From contig CAWBKP010000006.1 in the NCBI GenBank assembly GCA_963789395.1, positions 1 through 64,000 of the forward strand: a stretch of 64,000 bases of DNA, read 5' to 3'. Source of the DNA: an uncultured delta proteobacterium (GTDB taxonomy: Bacteria; Desulfobacterota; Desulfobacteria; Desulfobacterales; Desulfatirhabdiaceae). Below are positions 10,851 through 20,754 of this stretch, piece by piece (position 1 is the first letter of the stretch; every line of letters begins with the position of its first letter). Both the position numbers and the translations under genes were made by a program. A model generated the notes under the pieces. It did not search any database. It saw only the letters and a program-made list of their open reading frames with translations, and was not told the origin of the DNA.

Positions 10851-12278
10851 TTACCCTGTCTTGATCCATTCCAATGGATCCATTGGTTTTCCCCGGTGCC
10901 TGACTTCAAAATACAGTCCTGTGCCAGCAATCGAACCCGTGTCTCCGGCAGTGCCGATGGTTTCACCGGTTTCGACCTTCTCTCCTTTTGGCTTGAGCCG
11001 TTCTTCAAGATGGGCGTATACCGTATAGTAATGATCACCGTGATCAATGATCATCAGATTGCCGTAGCCCTTGTACCATTCCGAATAGAGAATCCGTCCG
11101 GAATAGACGGAACGGACCGGCTCTCCCCGGTCCGCCTGAATGTCGATGCCTGTCCGGATGGTTTCCATGTTCAGCTGGCTGGACACGGTTTTGCCGAAAG
11201 CAGATACGATTTTACCCTTCACGGGCAGGCGAAGCAAGCCTTTGCTTGAAATAAAATCCTCTCCCACCAGTGTTGGCGGCGAAACCGGTGCGGTATTCTC
11301 CTGGTTCAGGGCTTCAATGGTGGCGTTCAATTGATCCGCAGCCTGTTTCAGAGCCTCGATAGCGCGGATTTCCATCGCTTTTTTAGTCCGGAGATCCGCC
11401 AACAGCTTCAGTCGTTTGCGTTTTTCCATTTCTATGGACTGAATCTGATCCGCGTAGTTTTTTTCAAGGGCTTGCTTGTCGGCATACTGGGATTTCTGTT
11501 TTTCATACAGGGCTTCCTGTGCCCGCTTGTCTTCAGAAAGCCGGGTCAACAGCCGTTCGTCGGCGGATAAAATCCGCTGCAGCGCCTGTTTTCGACCAGC
11601 CCAGTCCTGAAGCGAGTCCGCGGACATCAGAAAATTCGACCTGCCGATGCTGTCCAGTTTGTACAAAGCCGCCACACGCTTTGCAGCCTGTTCTTCGCCG
11701 GTTTTGATCCGGATGGATAGATCTTCGGATGCAGACAGGGTTTCATCGATTTTCTGCTTCAGCATTCCGATGTCCCGGTCCAGGGATTCGGCCTGCTTTC
11801 GGGACTGATTCAGGGTCCGGTCGATCTGATCCAGAAGGGTGATGATCGAAGCTTCCTTCTGCGTGAATGATTTCAGTTCCGTCCGGTGTTCGGCAAGATT
11901 ACGGGAGATTCTGCCGACCTGCTGCTGAATCCGATGATAGTCATTCAGAGAGCGACTCCCGGATGCATCCTCATCCTCTATGGTTTGCCGGATCTCGGCG
12001 AACCGGTCGCTGATAAACCCGCGCTGGTCGTCGATCATGATTTCATACCACCCTTTCAGGTGGTTGTGAACGGAAACAACCGTCCCTCTGGGCAGGGTGG
12101 CAAGGACGGCGCTCTGCGTGTCGGGTTTTTCGCGAACCCGGAGCAGATCGGTCGTTACGGTGCCGGACAGGGTTGCTGGCGCCGAAAACAGATCGCCGGT
12201 TCCTATCGTCACCAGCAGGCAGCAGCCGGCAATGATGCGGATCAGTTTCGAAAAAACTGTTTCATCGAAAGAAAACAT
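10851..12278 (-). CDS. envC: EnvC-like murein hydrolase activator (SH3b, coiled coil, M23)
   Basis: SH3 (LRVREKP...GWY), long coiled coil, YGNLMIIDHG...YAHL, LYFEVR; follows ftsEX; start approximate. Confidence 0.85.
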   Translation of the reverse strand: MFSFDETVFSKLIRIIAGCCLLVTIGTGDLFSAPATLSGTVTTDLLRVREKPDTQSAVLATLPRGTVVSVHNHLKGWYEIMIDDQRGFISDRFAEIRQTIEDEDASGSRSLNDYHRIQQQVGRISRNLAEHRTELKSFTQKEASIITLLDQIDRTLNQSRKQAESLDRDIGMLKQKIDETLSASEDLSIRIKTGEEQAAKRVAALYKLDSIGRSNFLMSADSLQDWAGRKQALQRILSADERLLTRLSEDKRAQEALYEKQKSQYADKQALEKNYADQIQSIEMEKRKRLKLLADLRTKKAMEIRAIEALKQAADQLNATIEALNQENTAPVSPPTLVGEDFISSKGLLRLPVKGKIVSAFGKTVSSQLNMETIRTGIDIQADRGEPVRSVYSGRILYSEWYKGYGNLMIIDHGDHYYTVYAHLEERLKPKGEKVETGETIGTAGDTGSIAGTGLYFEVRHRGKPMDPLEWIKTG

Positions 12279-13114
12279 CCAATCCATCCGATTCCGATGC
12301 TGCATGCGGCGATGACGGCAAGGGTTTCCAGGGAAAGAAAGCGGATCTGCCAGAATCCGGATGCCACATCGCTGGACAGTCTTGCAAACATATAGGCATA
12401 GGCTGCATAGATCGCGGCCAGGCCCACGCAGCAACCGCAGATCCCCTGGATCAGGCCCTGAATATAAAACGGGGCGGTAATGAATCCGTCGGTTGCGCCG
12501 ACCAGCCGCATGATTTCGACTTCTTCCCTGCGAGAATACAGCACCAATCGGGCGGTATTGGCGATAATCAGCCCTGATGCGATAAAGAAAAGCCCGCCAA
12601 GGACCACACCGGCAAAGCGGAAGAGATTCAGCAGGCCGGCAAACCGGCCCATCCACTGCTGGCCGTATTCCACGCTGTCCACTGCCGGCAGGCTGCCGAT
12701 CTGTTCGGCGATCGCGCCGATCTGGTTGATCCGGCCGCTTTTCAGGTCAACCTCCAGCGAGTCGGGCAGCGGGTTTTCCTCCAGACCTTCCAGCAGTGAA
12801 GCCTGATGCTGGAGCTGGGTCCGAAGCGTGGCAAGTGCCTGTGCCCGGGAGATGAAAGCAACCTTCAGCACCCCGTCCATCTCCTGGATGCGGCTCCGGG
12901 CATCCTGTTGCTGGGCGTCGGTTGCGCCGTCCTTTAAATATACCACTATCCGGATGCTGGTCTCGGAGGCCCGCATCCAGTGATTGACATTGGTCCAGAT
13001 CAGAGAAAATGCTCCGGCGATCAGAACGGACAGGGCAACGGTCAGCACCGCGACGGCGTTCAAAAAACGGTTCTCGTTCATGTCCCGCAGTGCCCGACGG
13101 ATGGATGGGGTCAT
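12242..13114 (-). CDS. ftsX: cell division permease FtsX
   Basis: ENPLPDS, RREEVEIMRLVGAT...PF, four TM segments. Confidence 0.93.
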   Translation of the reverse strand: MTPSIRRALRDMNENRFLNAVAVLTVALSVLIAGAFSLIWTNVNHWMRASETSIRIVVYLKDGATDAQQQDARSRIQEMDGVLKVAFISRAQALATLRTQLQHQASLLEGLEENPLPDSLEVDLKSGRINQIGAIAEQIGSLPAVDSVEYGQQWMGRFAGLLNLFRFAGVVLGGLFFIASGLIIANTARLVLYSRREEVEIMRLVGATDGFITAPFYIQGLIQGICGCCVGLAAIYAAYAYMFARLSSDVASGFWQIRFLSLETLAVIAACSIGIGWIGCFLSMKQFFRN

Positions 13115-13821
13115 GGGAGTTCTCCGGGTGTAGCAGCAGGGTCCGGCGTTGCCGGCGACACCTTGCCCTGAAGCAGATGAATGCTCCTGCCGCCGGCATT
13201 TTCCATGAGCATCCGGTCGTGCGTGGCCAGAATGACCGTAGCCCCTTTCCGGTGAATATCTTTTAACAAGGCCAGAATAATCCCGGCGGCATCCGGGTCC
13301 AGACTCCCCGTGGGTTCATCGGCCAGAATGATCCGGGGGTTGCCGGCAATGGCCCGGGCCACGGCCGCACGCTGCTGCTCGCCGCCGGAGAGGCTGAGCG
13401 GAAACGCTCCCTGCTTGTGTTCCATTTCAACAGTCCTGAGCACGCTGGCTACTTTTTTTGCAATCTGGCGTCGTTTTTCACCCATGGCTTCCAGTACCAG
13501 CGCGACATTGTCAAACACGGTCCGGGTCGGGATCAGTTTGTAATCCTGAAAAATGATGCCGAAGCTGCGGCGCAGATGGGGAATCCGGTTGCGGGGAATC
13601 CGGCCGAGATTGACGCCGTCCACGATTACCTGGCCCTGGGTTACGGGTTCGGCCAGATACAGCAGCTTCAGAAGCGTGGATTTACCCGCGCCGCTGGGGC
13701 CGGTGACAAGGATGAACTCGTTGCGGTAGATATCCAGACTGATATCTACCAGAGACTTCTGAGTTCCGTAAGTCTTGTGCACATGAAACATGCGGATGAT
13801 CGGGATGCTGCCGTTTGTCAT
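13111..13821 (-). CDS. ftsE: cell division ATP-binding protein FtsE
   Basis: [30 protein letters not shown]; adjacent to ftsX. Confidence 0.93.
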   Translation of the reverse strand: MTNGSIPIIRMFHVHKTYGTQKSLVDISLDIYRNEFILVTGPSGAGKSTLLKLLYLAEPVTQGQVIVDGVNLGRIPRNRIPHLRRSFGIIFQDYKLIPTRTVFDNVALVLEAMGEKRRQIAKKVASVLRTVEMEHKQGAFPLSLSGGEQQRAAVARAIAGNPRIILADEPTGSLDPDAAGIILALLKDIHRKGATVILATHDRMLMENAGGRSIHLLQGKVSPATPDPAATPGELP

Positions 13822-13824
13822 GGA

Positions 13825-14178
13825 TTAAGACTTCTTCTGTCCTTCTTTAACCAGCAGATCATGATACCAGCAGGAAAAATCAAACATACCGACGTACTTG
13901 TCATCATCGTTGATGATCCCGAGCGCGATTTCCAGAACGCCGCTGCCGTAAGCATTGCTGTATTTTTCGTGAACTTGGGTCTGAAGAAATTCCCGGACAA
14001 GCATCTGGGTGGTGCGTTTGGTCTTGTCCTTTCGAATATCGATCGGATCCTTGGGCTCGGAAAACGGATCCCACAGGGCATAGCCTTTTTTGCGGATGTG
14101 CGACTGCCTTCTGGGCGACATGCTGTCGAATACCGCCTTTTTTCGCGTCTCGACTTCTTCTTTGGTAAATTCCGTCAT
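13825..14178 (-). CDS. conserved hypothetical protein
   Basis: 117 aa, tightly coupled in the operon with an ATGA overlap. Confidence 0.75.
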   Translation of the reverse strand: MTEFTKEEVETRKKAVFDSMSPRRQSHIRKKGYALWDPFSEPKDPIDIRKDKTKRTTQMLVREFLQTQVHEKYSNAYGSGVLEIALGIINDDDKYVGMFDFSCWYHDLLVKEGQKKS

Positions 14179-14852
14179 GAGGACCCCGCTTCGGTTTCTT
14201 CCGGTTTCGCGATTCCCAGATAGTCGTCATCGTAAACCGTGGCAAGGGCCATGGACAGCGGCACCAGCATTTCGCCCATGCGCAGGTATCTGGACCGGAT
14301 GGCAACTGCCGCCTCCGCGGAAAGGGCAAGCAGCCTGTTCTGGATGCTGTCCAGGTTGGCCGTGGGATATTTTTCCCCTTTTTCAAATGCGGACAGCCCG
14401 CAGGTATAGCCCTGGCCGCCGATGGCCGTGGGAATGCCGTAGAGCTTGCAGGTCAGGGGTCTGAATTCGTAAATTTCGCACATCTGCGCATCGTTCAGCA
14501 TGGGGCAGCGGACCCGTGTTTCTGCCATATCCTGCAAAATTTCAGTTTCTTCCTTTCCGGACTCGGCCGCCTTGAAGGCGCTTTTTTTCAGCTTGTACAG
14601 GGTGCGGTCGATCCGGTTGCAGCGTTCCATCAGTATTTCAAGGGTTTCCCCGCTGAATTTTTCCAGGAACTTCCCATTGATATACAGCGCCTCGATCAGG
14701 GTCAGATCAAAGAGCGCATAACAGCAGTCCGAACATAGGGGTTTGCATTTCACACATTCGGGATACTGGTTTTTTACGGTTTCAAAAGCGCGTTCGACGG
14801 ACGCGGACAGCGCTTCGTACTGCTCGAAAAACGGTTTCAAAGCTTCTCTCAT
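14175..14852 (-). CDS. YkgJ family cysteine-cluster protein
   Basis: CKPLCSDCC, RCPML, CEIYEFRPLTC; start moved downstream of the parS site. Confidence 0.85.
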   Translation of the reverse strand: MREALKPFFEQYEALSASVERAFETVKNQYPECVKCKPLCSDCCYALFDLTLIEALYINGKFLEKFSGETLEILMERCNRIDRTLYKLKKSAFKAAESGKEETEILQDMAETRVRCPMLNDAQMCEIYEFRPLTCKLYGIPTAIGGQGYTCGLSAFEKGEKYPTANLDSIQNRLLALSAEAAVAIRSRYLRMGEMLVPLSMALATVYDDDYLGIAKPEETEAGSS

Positions 14853-14871
14853 TTGTTCTACCTGTCCGCCA

Positions 14872-14887
14872 TGTTTCATGTGAAACA
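14872..14887. promoter_or_regulatory. parS centromere-like ParB binding site
   Basis: TGTTTCATGTGAAACA, one mismatch to the consensus TGTTTCACGTGAAACA, next to mnmE. Confidence 0.85.
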
Positions 14888-14928
14888 TGGCATTTAAACT
14901 ACATTAAAATGCAAAGGGTTAACGATAG

Positions 14929-15047
14929 GGCTTCGTAAAATGTTCCAGATCAAGGCGCGCAAGTCCTGAGGAGTGAGGCGTGTGCACCCGGTATGCCGCA
15001 ACGACAAAGAACGAAGCGCAAGTCAAATATGGGGCATTTTCAAAGCC
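14929..15047. repeat. about 120-bp MITE-like element
   Basis: Imperfect terminal IRs GGCTTCGTAAAATG and CATTTTCAAAGCC; intergenic, abutting the mnmE stop. Confidence 0.55.
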
Positions 15048-15048
15048 A

Positions 15049-16443
15049 TTATTTGCCGATACAGAATGAATCAAAAATCCGGTCCAGTATCTCCTCCGAC
15101 GTTCGCATGCCGGTGATCTCTTCGATCCGGTCCAGGGCATCGCGGATATCCATGGCAATAAGTTCCGCAGGATTCTTCAGCCGGATCCCCTCCAGCGCCA
15201 GGGTTATACAGGCCGCCGCATCTTCAAGCGCGGCCGACTGCCGGAGATTGGGGATCGGTCCGGCAGGCGCCTGAGCCGGTATTCTTTTGAGGATTTCCCG
15301 GGCCAGCAACTCTGCCAGCGCCTCCAGGTTCAGGCGGTTTTTCACCGAGACCGCCACAACCGGAAGCGATGCCAACCCACTCTCTCCTACACTATTATCA
15401 TGATTTGGCGCAAGGTCAATTTTATTTATGACCCGGATCACCGGAATGCCCTGTGTCTGCTCCAGAAGCCCGTTTTCCAGACCAACATCGGTGCAGGAGG
15501 CATCCATCACCAGCAGGATCAGGTCTGACGTTCGGATGCGATCATAGGTTTTTTCGATTCCCAGCAGTTCAACCGTGTCCTGTGTGATGTGAACCCCTGC
15601 GGTATCGAAAAAATTCACCGGAATGCCCCGAAATACCACGGCATCCGCCACCACGTCCCGCGTGGTTCCGGGGATGTCCGTGACAATGGAGCGCTCGGAT
15701 CCGACCAGCCAGTTCATGAGACTGGATTTTCCCACATTCGGCCGGCCGACAATGGTGATCCGGTAACCGTCGCGCATCACGCGGCCGTCCGCATGTCTGC
15801 GGATCAGGGTCTGGATCGGCGCCAGCGCACCGGTTTCGAGAAACGGTATCACAGAAAGGGGTTGAAAGTCATCTGCTTCGTCCGGAAAATCGATGGCAGC
15901 TTCGATCCGGGCCAGAACATCCTGAAGGCCCGCACTGATCCGCTCGACATGATCCCGGAACCCGCCGGACAGATGGTCCGAGGCAACAGCAAGGGCTGCG
16001 TCGGTTTTTGAATTGATGATATCGATTACGGCTTCGGCCTGGGTCAGATCGATGCGGCCGCTGAGAAATGCCCGGCGGGTGAATTCGCCGGGTCCGGCTG
16101 CCCGAGCGCCTGCCTGCAGCACGGCGCTCAATATGGCATTGAGAACGGCATAACCCGAATGGGCCTGAATCTCGACCACGTCTTCCCGCGTATAGGAATG
16201 CGGGGCCTTCATGAAGGCGATAAGCACCTCGTCCAGAACAGCCTGGGTGTCCGGATTGATGATGGTGCCATAATACAGATGGTGCGAGATGATCCGATCC
16301 GGATCAAAAGAACGGCCTGCAATCCGGCGGGAACGGAAAAGGGACAGGGCGATGGCAAAAGCCCGGCTCCCGGATATCCGTACAATGCCGATGCCGCCGC
16401 GTCCCGTCGGGGTGGCGATCGCCGCGATCGTATCCACCATCAT
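15049..16443 (-). CDS. mnmE: tRNA modification GTPase MnmE
   Basis: DTIAAIAT, GEFTRRAFL, GRPNVGKSS, GTTRD, DTAG, NKID, C-terminal FCIGK. Confidence 0.97.
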   Translation of the reverse strand: MMVDTIAAIATPTGRGGIGIVRISGSRAFAIALSLFRSRRIAGRSFDPDRIISHHLYYGTIINPDTQAVLDEVLIAFMKAPHSYTREDVVEIQAHSGYAVLNAILSAVLQAGARAAGPGEFTRRAFLSGRIDLTQAEAVIDIINSKTDAALAVASDHLSGGFRDHVERISAGLQDVLARIEAAIDFPDEADDFQPLSVIPFLETGALAPIQTLIRRHADGRVMRDGYRITIVGRPNVGKSSLMNWLVGSERSIVTDIPGTTRDVVADAVVFRGIPVNFFDTAGVHITQDTVELLGIEKTYDRIRTSDLILLVMDASCTDVGLENGLLEQTQGIPVIRVINKIDLAPNHDNSVGESGLASLPVVAVSVKNRLNLEALAELLAREILKRIPAQAPAGPIPNLRQSAALEDAAACITLALEGIRLKNPAELIAMDIRDALDRIEEITGMRTSEEILDRIFDSFCIGK

Positions 16444-16528
16444 CGCCGTCTTCCTGACATCCGCAAAACCTGCATCATTACCATAAGATTCACTAAAGCG
16501 CTCCCTTGGGAAAAGGAGGCTCAAAGGG

Positions 16529-17287
16529 TCATTCCCCCCGAGGCATCACGACAAGCTTTTTCAGATACCCTTCTCCCTTACTCTGCGTCTTGACCCTGCG
16601 GTCTTTTTTCAGTGCCAGGTGGATGATTTTACGGTCCTGGGGATTGAATCGGCCGACGGTGACGCATTTGCCGTTCCGGCAGGCTTTTTCCGCAAACCGC
16701 AAGGCTATCTCCTGGAGATCGTTCTGCCGTTTTACGGCATGCCCTGCGATGTCCACGATGACACGGGTCCGAGCTTCGGCGGAGCGGTTAATGATTTTCT
16801 TGAGCAGATACTGAATGGCCTCAAGGGTCTGGCCCCTTTTGCCGATGAGCGCGGCCGGGTCACCGCCGGTGATGGTGTACACGATCTGACGGTTGCCTGA
16901 GTTGACCGCGATTTCCGCTCCGCCGGTCACCGCATCCACGAGCCGCTGCAGCGCCAGCTTGCCGAGAATAGCTGAATCCTCGATAATCGACGCTTCCGGG
17001 CCCGGGGTTTGCGCGTGTTGCAGTGGATCCGCCCCCGGCAAATCCACTGGTGCCGCCATCGGCAAGAGGTTGCTTTGCGCCTTCTGCTCTGGGGTTTCAG
17101 CGACATGGGTGTCCGGCGCCGCCACGCGGATGCGGGCCTTCTTGGTGCCGACCAGCCCGAAAATGCCGGTTGCGCCGAAACTGATCACATCATGCTTCAA
17201 CTGCTCCCTGGGGATGTTCAACTCCTGGCAGGCTTTGGTGACGGCCCGCTCCACGTTCCTGCCCTCGAATTCAATAAAAGGTGACAT
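16529..17287 (-). CDS. jag: Jag/KhpB (EloR) RNA-binding protein
   Basis: EFEGRNVERA Jag_N, LIGKRGQTLEAIQY KH domain, RKIIH R3H domain. Confidence 0.92.
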   Translation of the reverse strand: MSPFIEFEGRNVERAVTKACQELNIPREQLKHDVISFGATGIFGLVGTKKARIRVAAPDTHVAETPEQKAQSNLLPMAAPVDLPGADPLQHAQTPGPEASIIEDSAILGKLALQRLVDAVTGGAEIAVNSGNRQIVYTITGGDPAALIGKRGQTLEAIQYLLKKIINRSAEARTRVIVDIAGHAVKRQNDLQEIALRFAEKACRNGKCVTVGRFNPQDRKIIHLALKKDRRVKTQSKGEGYLKKLVVMPRGE

Positions 17288-17322
17288 CACCACCCTCCGT
17301 AACGCCTGACACGATAGGCAGG

Positions 17323-18951
17323 TCAGGCATATTTTTTCTGGATATAATACTGCTGGCTGATGGACACAACGTTGTTGACCAGCCAGTACAGTACCAGACC
17401 CGAAGAGAAATTGATGAATATGAACGTAAACACAACCGGCATCATCATCATCATCTTGGCCTGGGTCGGGTCCCCCATGGGCGGAGACATTTTCTGCTGA
17501 ATGAACATGGTGGCCCCCATGATGATGGTCAGTACCGGGATCCCGTAAGGCGGCTCCATGAAAGGGATCGAAAATGAAAAATGCAGGAGCCGGTCCGGGG
17601 CCGAAAGGTCGTTGATCCAGCCGAAAAACGGAGCGTGGCGCAGCTCGATCGCTTCGTAGAGCATGCGGTACAGTGCAAAAAACACGGGAATCTGGACCAC
17701 CATGGGCAGACATCCACCCAAGGGGTTGACCTTGTACGTCTTGTACAGGGCCATGGTTTCCTCGTTCATCTTCTTTTTGTCGTCCTTGTATTTTTCCCGG
17801 ATCTGGGCCATCAGCGGCTGAATTTTTTTCATCTCGCTCATGGACTTGTAGCTCTTTGAGCCCAGCGGCCAGAGAACCCCCTTGATGAGCAGGGTCAAGA
17901 CGATGATGGCGACACCGTAATTCGGAATATAGTCATGCAGAAAATTCAGCAGCTGCAGCAGGGGTTTTGCCAGAATATCAAAAAACCCGAAATGGATGGC
18001 CCGGTCCAGTCCGATGTCGAGGCTGCGGAGAATGGACAGGCTTTTTGGGCCCATGTAGACCTTGTATTGCAATTTCTGCTGGGCCCCGGAATCAAGTCGG
18101 ATTTCCGGCTCCACCAGGGCGGTGTCGAGCCGGTCTTTTTCGAGCGACAGTCGGATGCTGGCCTCTACCGGGACCACCGGCACGATGGCGGACAAAAAAT
18201 ACCGCTCTTCCAGGCAGGTCCAGTCGATCCGGCCGGGATACACGCTTTTCTTGGCAATATCCTTTGCGGCGATCTGCTCCAGCGTCTTGTTGATCAGGAT
18301 GCTGGGCCCTACAAAACCGTAACTGTTTTTGGATTCGGTGAATTTCTCGGTCAGGGACAGGGCCGGATGATCCAGCAGCATTTTATTGGAGCCGTTCTTG
18401 ATGATGACATTCATGCCGATCAGGTAGGAATCCGGATAAAACGTGTAGTGTTTTTCGACGGTGATGCCGGAAGGCGACGTCCAGAGAAAAGAGACTTCCC
18501 GGGCGCTGCCCGCAACCTCCAGGCTGTCCTCGGAGACCGTGGAGAGAAACACGGCGTCCTTGAAATCCGGAACGCTATTTTCCGTAAACGACAGGTGAAG
18601 TGTGCCAACGCCGGGAAGGCTGACCAGTTCCTTTTGGGGAGAGTCGGCTTCAACCGATTCGTGGTATTTCTTCAGAACAAAATGCTTGAAAAAGGCGCCC
18701 TTGTCCGAAATGGTCACCGTGTACAGCGGCGTATTCACCACAAGGTCTTTGGTTTTTTGAAAGGCGGGCAGCGGTGTTTCCTGAATGGCGGGTGCCGGGC
18801 CCGGGACAGGACTGTCCGCGGGTGTTTCGGACTGCGTCTGTGCCGTCTGCTGCGGCTGCGGTGGCGGTGTCTTGTCCTGAAAAAAGAATCCCCAGACCGT
18901 AAATACTAAAACCGAAAGCACGATTGCGATGAGTAAACGACCTTGTTCCAT
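17323..18951 (-). CDS. yidC: membrane protein insertase YidC
   Basis: NYGVAII, NPLGGCLP, QIPVFFALY, WINDLSAPD, LVLYW. Confidence 0.96.
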   Translation of the reverse strand: MEQGRLLIAIVLSVLVFTVWGFFFQDKTPPPQPQQTAQTQSETPADSPVPGPAPAIQETPLPAFQKTKDLVVNTPLYTVTISDKGAFFKHFVLKKYHESVEADSPQKELVSLPGVGTLHLSFTENSVPDFKDAVFLSTVSEDSLEVAGSAREVSFLWTSPSGITVEKHYTFYPDSYLIGMNVIIKNGSNKMLLDHPALSLTEKFTESKNSYGFVGPSILINKTLEQIAAKDIAKKSVYPGRIDWTCLEERYFLSAIVPVVPVEASIRLSLEKDRLDTALVEPEIRLDSGAQQKLQYKVYMGPKSLSILRSLDIGLDRAIHFGFFDILAKPLLQLLNFLHDYIPNYGVAIIVLTLLIKGVLWPLGSKSYKSMSEMKKIQPLMAQIREKYKDDKKKMNEETMALYKTYKVNPLGGCLPMVVQIPVFFALYRMLYEAIELRHAPFFGWINDLSAPDRLLHFSFSIPFMEPPYGIPVLTIIMGATMFIQQKMSPPMGDPTQAKMMMMMPVVFTFIFINFSSGLVLYWLVNNVVSISQQYYIQKKYA

Positions 18952-19072
18952 GATGACTCCCATGATTTCCCGGCAGGGGAAACCAGTTGATGACCCGATA
19001 AAAAAAGGGGTTGATGTGATGACGGATCACGTGGATGCATGATGCGGCAAAAAAGAAAAAATGGCTTCATGT

Positions 19073-19291
19073 TCAGGGGACGGGATCAACGCCGCCGGGG
19101 TGAAACGGGTGGCATTTCAGTACGCGCCGGCATGCCAGGACCCCGCCCTTCCATGCGCCGTATTTCAGGATTGCCTCGGATGCGTATGCGGAGCACGAGG
19201 GATAGAACCGGCAGCACGGCCCCAGAAAAGGCGATACGGCAAACTGATACGCCGTTATTGCAATATTGACAAGATATCGAATCGTCTGCAA
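19073..19291 (-). CDS. yidD: membrane protein insertion efficiency factor YidD
   Basis: [24 protein letters not shown]. Confidence 0.95.
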   Translation of the reverse strand: MQTIRYLVNIAITAYQFAVSPFLGPCCRFYPSCSAYASEAILKYGAWKGGVLACRRVLKCHPFHPGGVDPVP

Positions 19292-19296
19292 CCCTG

Positions 19297-19689
19297 TTAA
19301 AGCATCGTCGCCGGAATGGACCCGAAGGCCGCCCCGGCGATTTTTGCGAATTTATCAAATAAACCCGCCAGCATGTCGGCCGTCTGCGCGGATGAAAGCG
19401 CTGCGGCCGGCTTTTTGGCGATCACGTGAAAATCCCATGGTTTTTCCGCGGACATGCGGTGCAGGCGGTAAAATTCCCGGACACGCCGCTTGATCCGGTT
19501 GCGTACCACGGCGGGCCCCACTTTCCGCGACACCGTAATCCCGATCCGGGATCCGCCGGACTGCCCGCTCTTGTAAACCAGGATAAACCCCGGGCTGTGG
19601 AGCGCCTTTCCCAGGGAGTAAAATTCCAGGAATTCAAACCGTTTAAGAATGCGGTCTGTTTTGGGAAGGAAGCGAAATGATGGCTTCAA
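19297..19689 (-). CDS. rnpA: ribonuclease P protein component
   Basis: [25 protein letters not shown]. Confidence 0.95.
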   Translation of the reverse strand: MKPSFRFLPKTDRILKRFEFLEFYSLGKALHSPGFILVYKSGQSGGSRIGITVSRKVGPAVVRNRIKRRVREFYRLHRMSAEKPWDFHVIAKKPAAALSSAQTADMLAGLFDKFAKIAGAAFGSIPATML

Positions 19690-19705
19690 CGAACAAAAAG
19701 CTTTC

Positions 19706-19840
19706 TTAAACCGTCAATCGTTTCCGGCCCCTTGCCCGCCTTCGGTTGATCAGCTTGCGGCCCGCCTTGGTGGCCATGCGCGACAAAAAGCCATGGGTCC
19801 GGGATTTCTTGATCTGACTGGGTTGATATGTTCTTTTCAT
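19706..19840 (-). CDS. rpmH: 50S ribosomal protein L34 (not in the ORF track)
   Basis: Manual translation [44 protein letters not shown]. Confidence 0.97.
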   Translation of the reverse strand: MKRTYQPSQIKKSRTHGFLSRMATKAGRKLINRRRARGRKRLTV

Positions 19841-20130
19841 AATGACCTCGGTAATGGGTTATGGGTTTTCAATTGTATTTTAACCTTTTGATATAATCAT
19901 ATTATTGTTATCAAGTCAATAAATTTGATGGCAACGTTTTCCCATTTTGGAAAGGGGGGCAGGGGGGAATTCGGACGACTATCGGCGCATGCCGGTGAAT
20001 TGCTTAAAATTTATGCTTGCAATTTGTATTCGATTCTGTCTATAAACCCAATAATAAGGTCTTTGGATACATTCCGGCGCTGAAAAACGACCTTAATAAT
20101 TTGATGAATCCGCAAGCCCTGCTTTTATTG

Positions 20131-20158
20131 TTGACAAAAAATTTTTTTTGTTTATAGT
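20131..20158 (+). promoter_or_regulatory. sigma70 stable-RNA promoter
   Basis: TTGACA-N16-TATAGT with a GC-rich discriminator GGCGC upstream of the tRNAs. Confidence 0.8.
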
Positions 20159-20173
20159 GGCGCTTTCATCAAG

Positions 20174-20249
20174 GGGCCGTTAACTCAGTCGGTAGAGTAT
20201 CTGCCTTTTAAGTAGAGAGTCGTTGGTTCGAGTCCAACACGGCCCACCA
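20174..20249 (+). tRNA. tRNA-Lys (UUU)
   Basis: GGGCCGT/ACGGCCC acceptor stem, CTTTTAA loop, GTTCGAGTC, CCA end. Confidence 0.96.
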
Positions 20250-20257
20250 CCACATGC

Positions 20258-20335
20258 GTCCCCATCGTCTAGCCCGGTCCAGGACATCGGCCTTTCACGC
20301 CGACGACAGGGGTTCAAATCCCCTTGGGGACGCCA
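20258..20335 (+). tRNA. tRNA-Glu (UUC)
   Basis: GTCCCCA/TGGGGAC acceptor stem, CTTTCAC loop, GGTTCAAATCC, CCA end. Confidence 0.96.
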
Positions 20336-20345
20336 ATTAATAAAA

Positions 20346-20385
20346 TAAAACGGGTTACAGATAAAACTGTAGCCCGTTTTTTTTG
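20346..20385 (+). terminator. intrinsic terminator after the tRNA operon
   Basis: AAAACGGGTTACAG-loop-CTGTAGCCCGTTTT followed by a T run. Confidence 0.85.
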
Positions 20386-20685
20386 TTTATTCATCAAAAC
20401 TTATTGACATTATGAACGATTTATATCGGGAAATCCTGATTCAAGATGACGAACCCGCGTGGATCAAATGTTCTATTTCAAGCCCGTACTTCAGTAAGAT
20501 CTTGCTTCAATTGCATATTATATTGATACCATAATGGATTGACATCAAGAAAACCAGATATCTTAAATACAGCGACAGAGCTCTCTTTTTCACCAGGACT
20601 CCGCCATCTTGCTGTAAACGAGCTTCAGTAATGCGGAGTTGGCTGATGTAGTATTTGCTTCTATCTCCCATTATCTTTTTTTCTT

Positions 20686-20714
20686 TTGACACCGAACCGG
20701 GTTGGTTTTATGCT
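20686..20714 (+). promoter_or_regulatory. sigma70 promoter of the HD-GYP gene
   Basis: TTGACA-N17-TATGCT. Confidence 0.6.
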
Positions 20715-20754
20715 AAAGAAAACAGCATCGGCCAAGGCCGGAAGCGGGGGTAGC

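Noticed and set aside
13775..13790. Second parS-like site in ftsE (TTGTGCACATGAAACA)
   Set aside because: Only one half-site matches and it lies in coding sequence
14853..14888. MFHMKH N-terminus of the YkgJ ORF
   Set aside because: It is the translation of the parS palindrome; the real start is probably 14852
19841..20173. oriC upstream of rpmH
   Set aside because: AT-rich but no DnaA boxes seen and no dnaA; explained by divergent promoters
20400..20685. Island remnant or small ORFs after tRNA-Glu
   Set aside because: AT-rich, but no att duplication, integrase fragment or credible ORF could be supported
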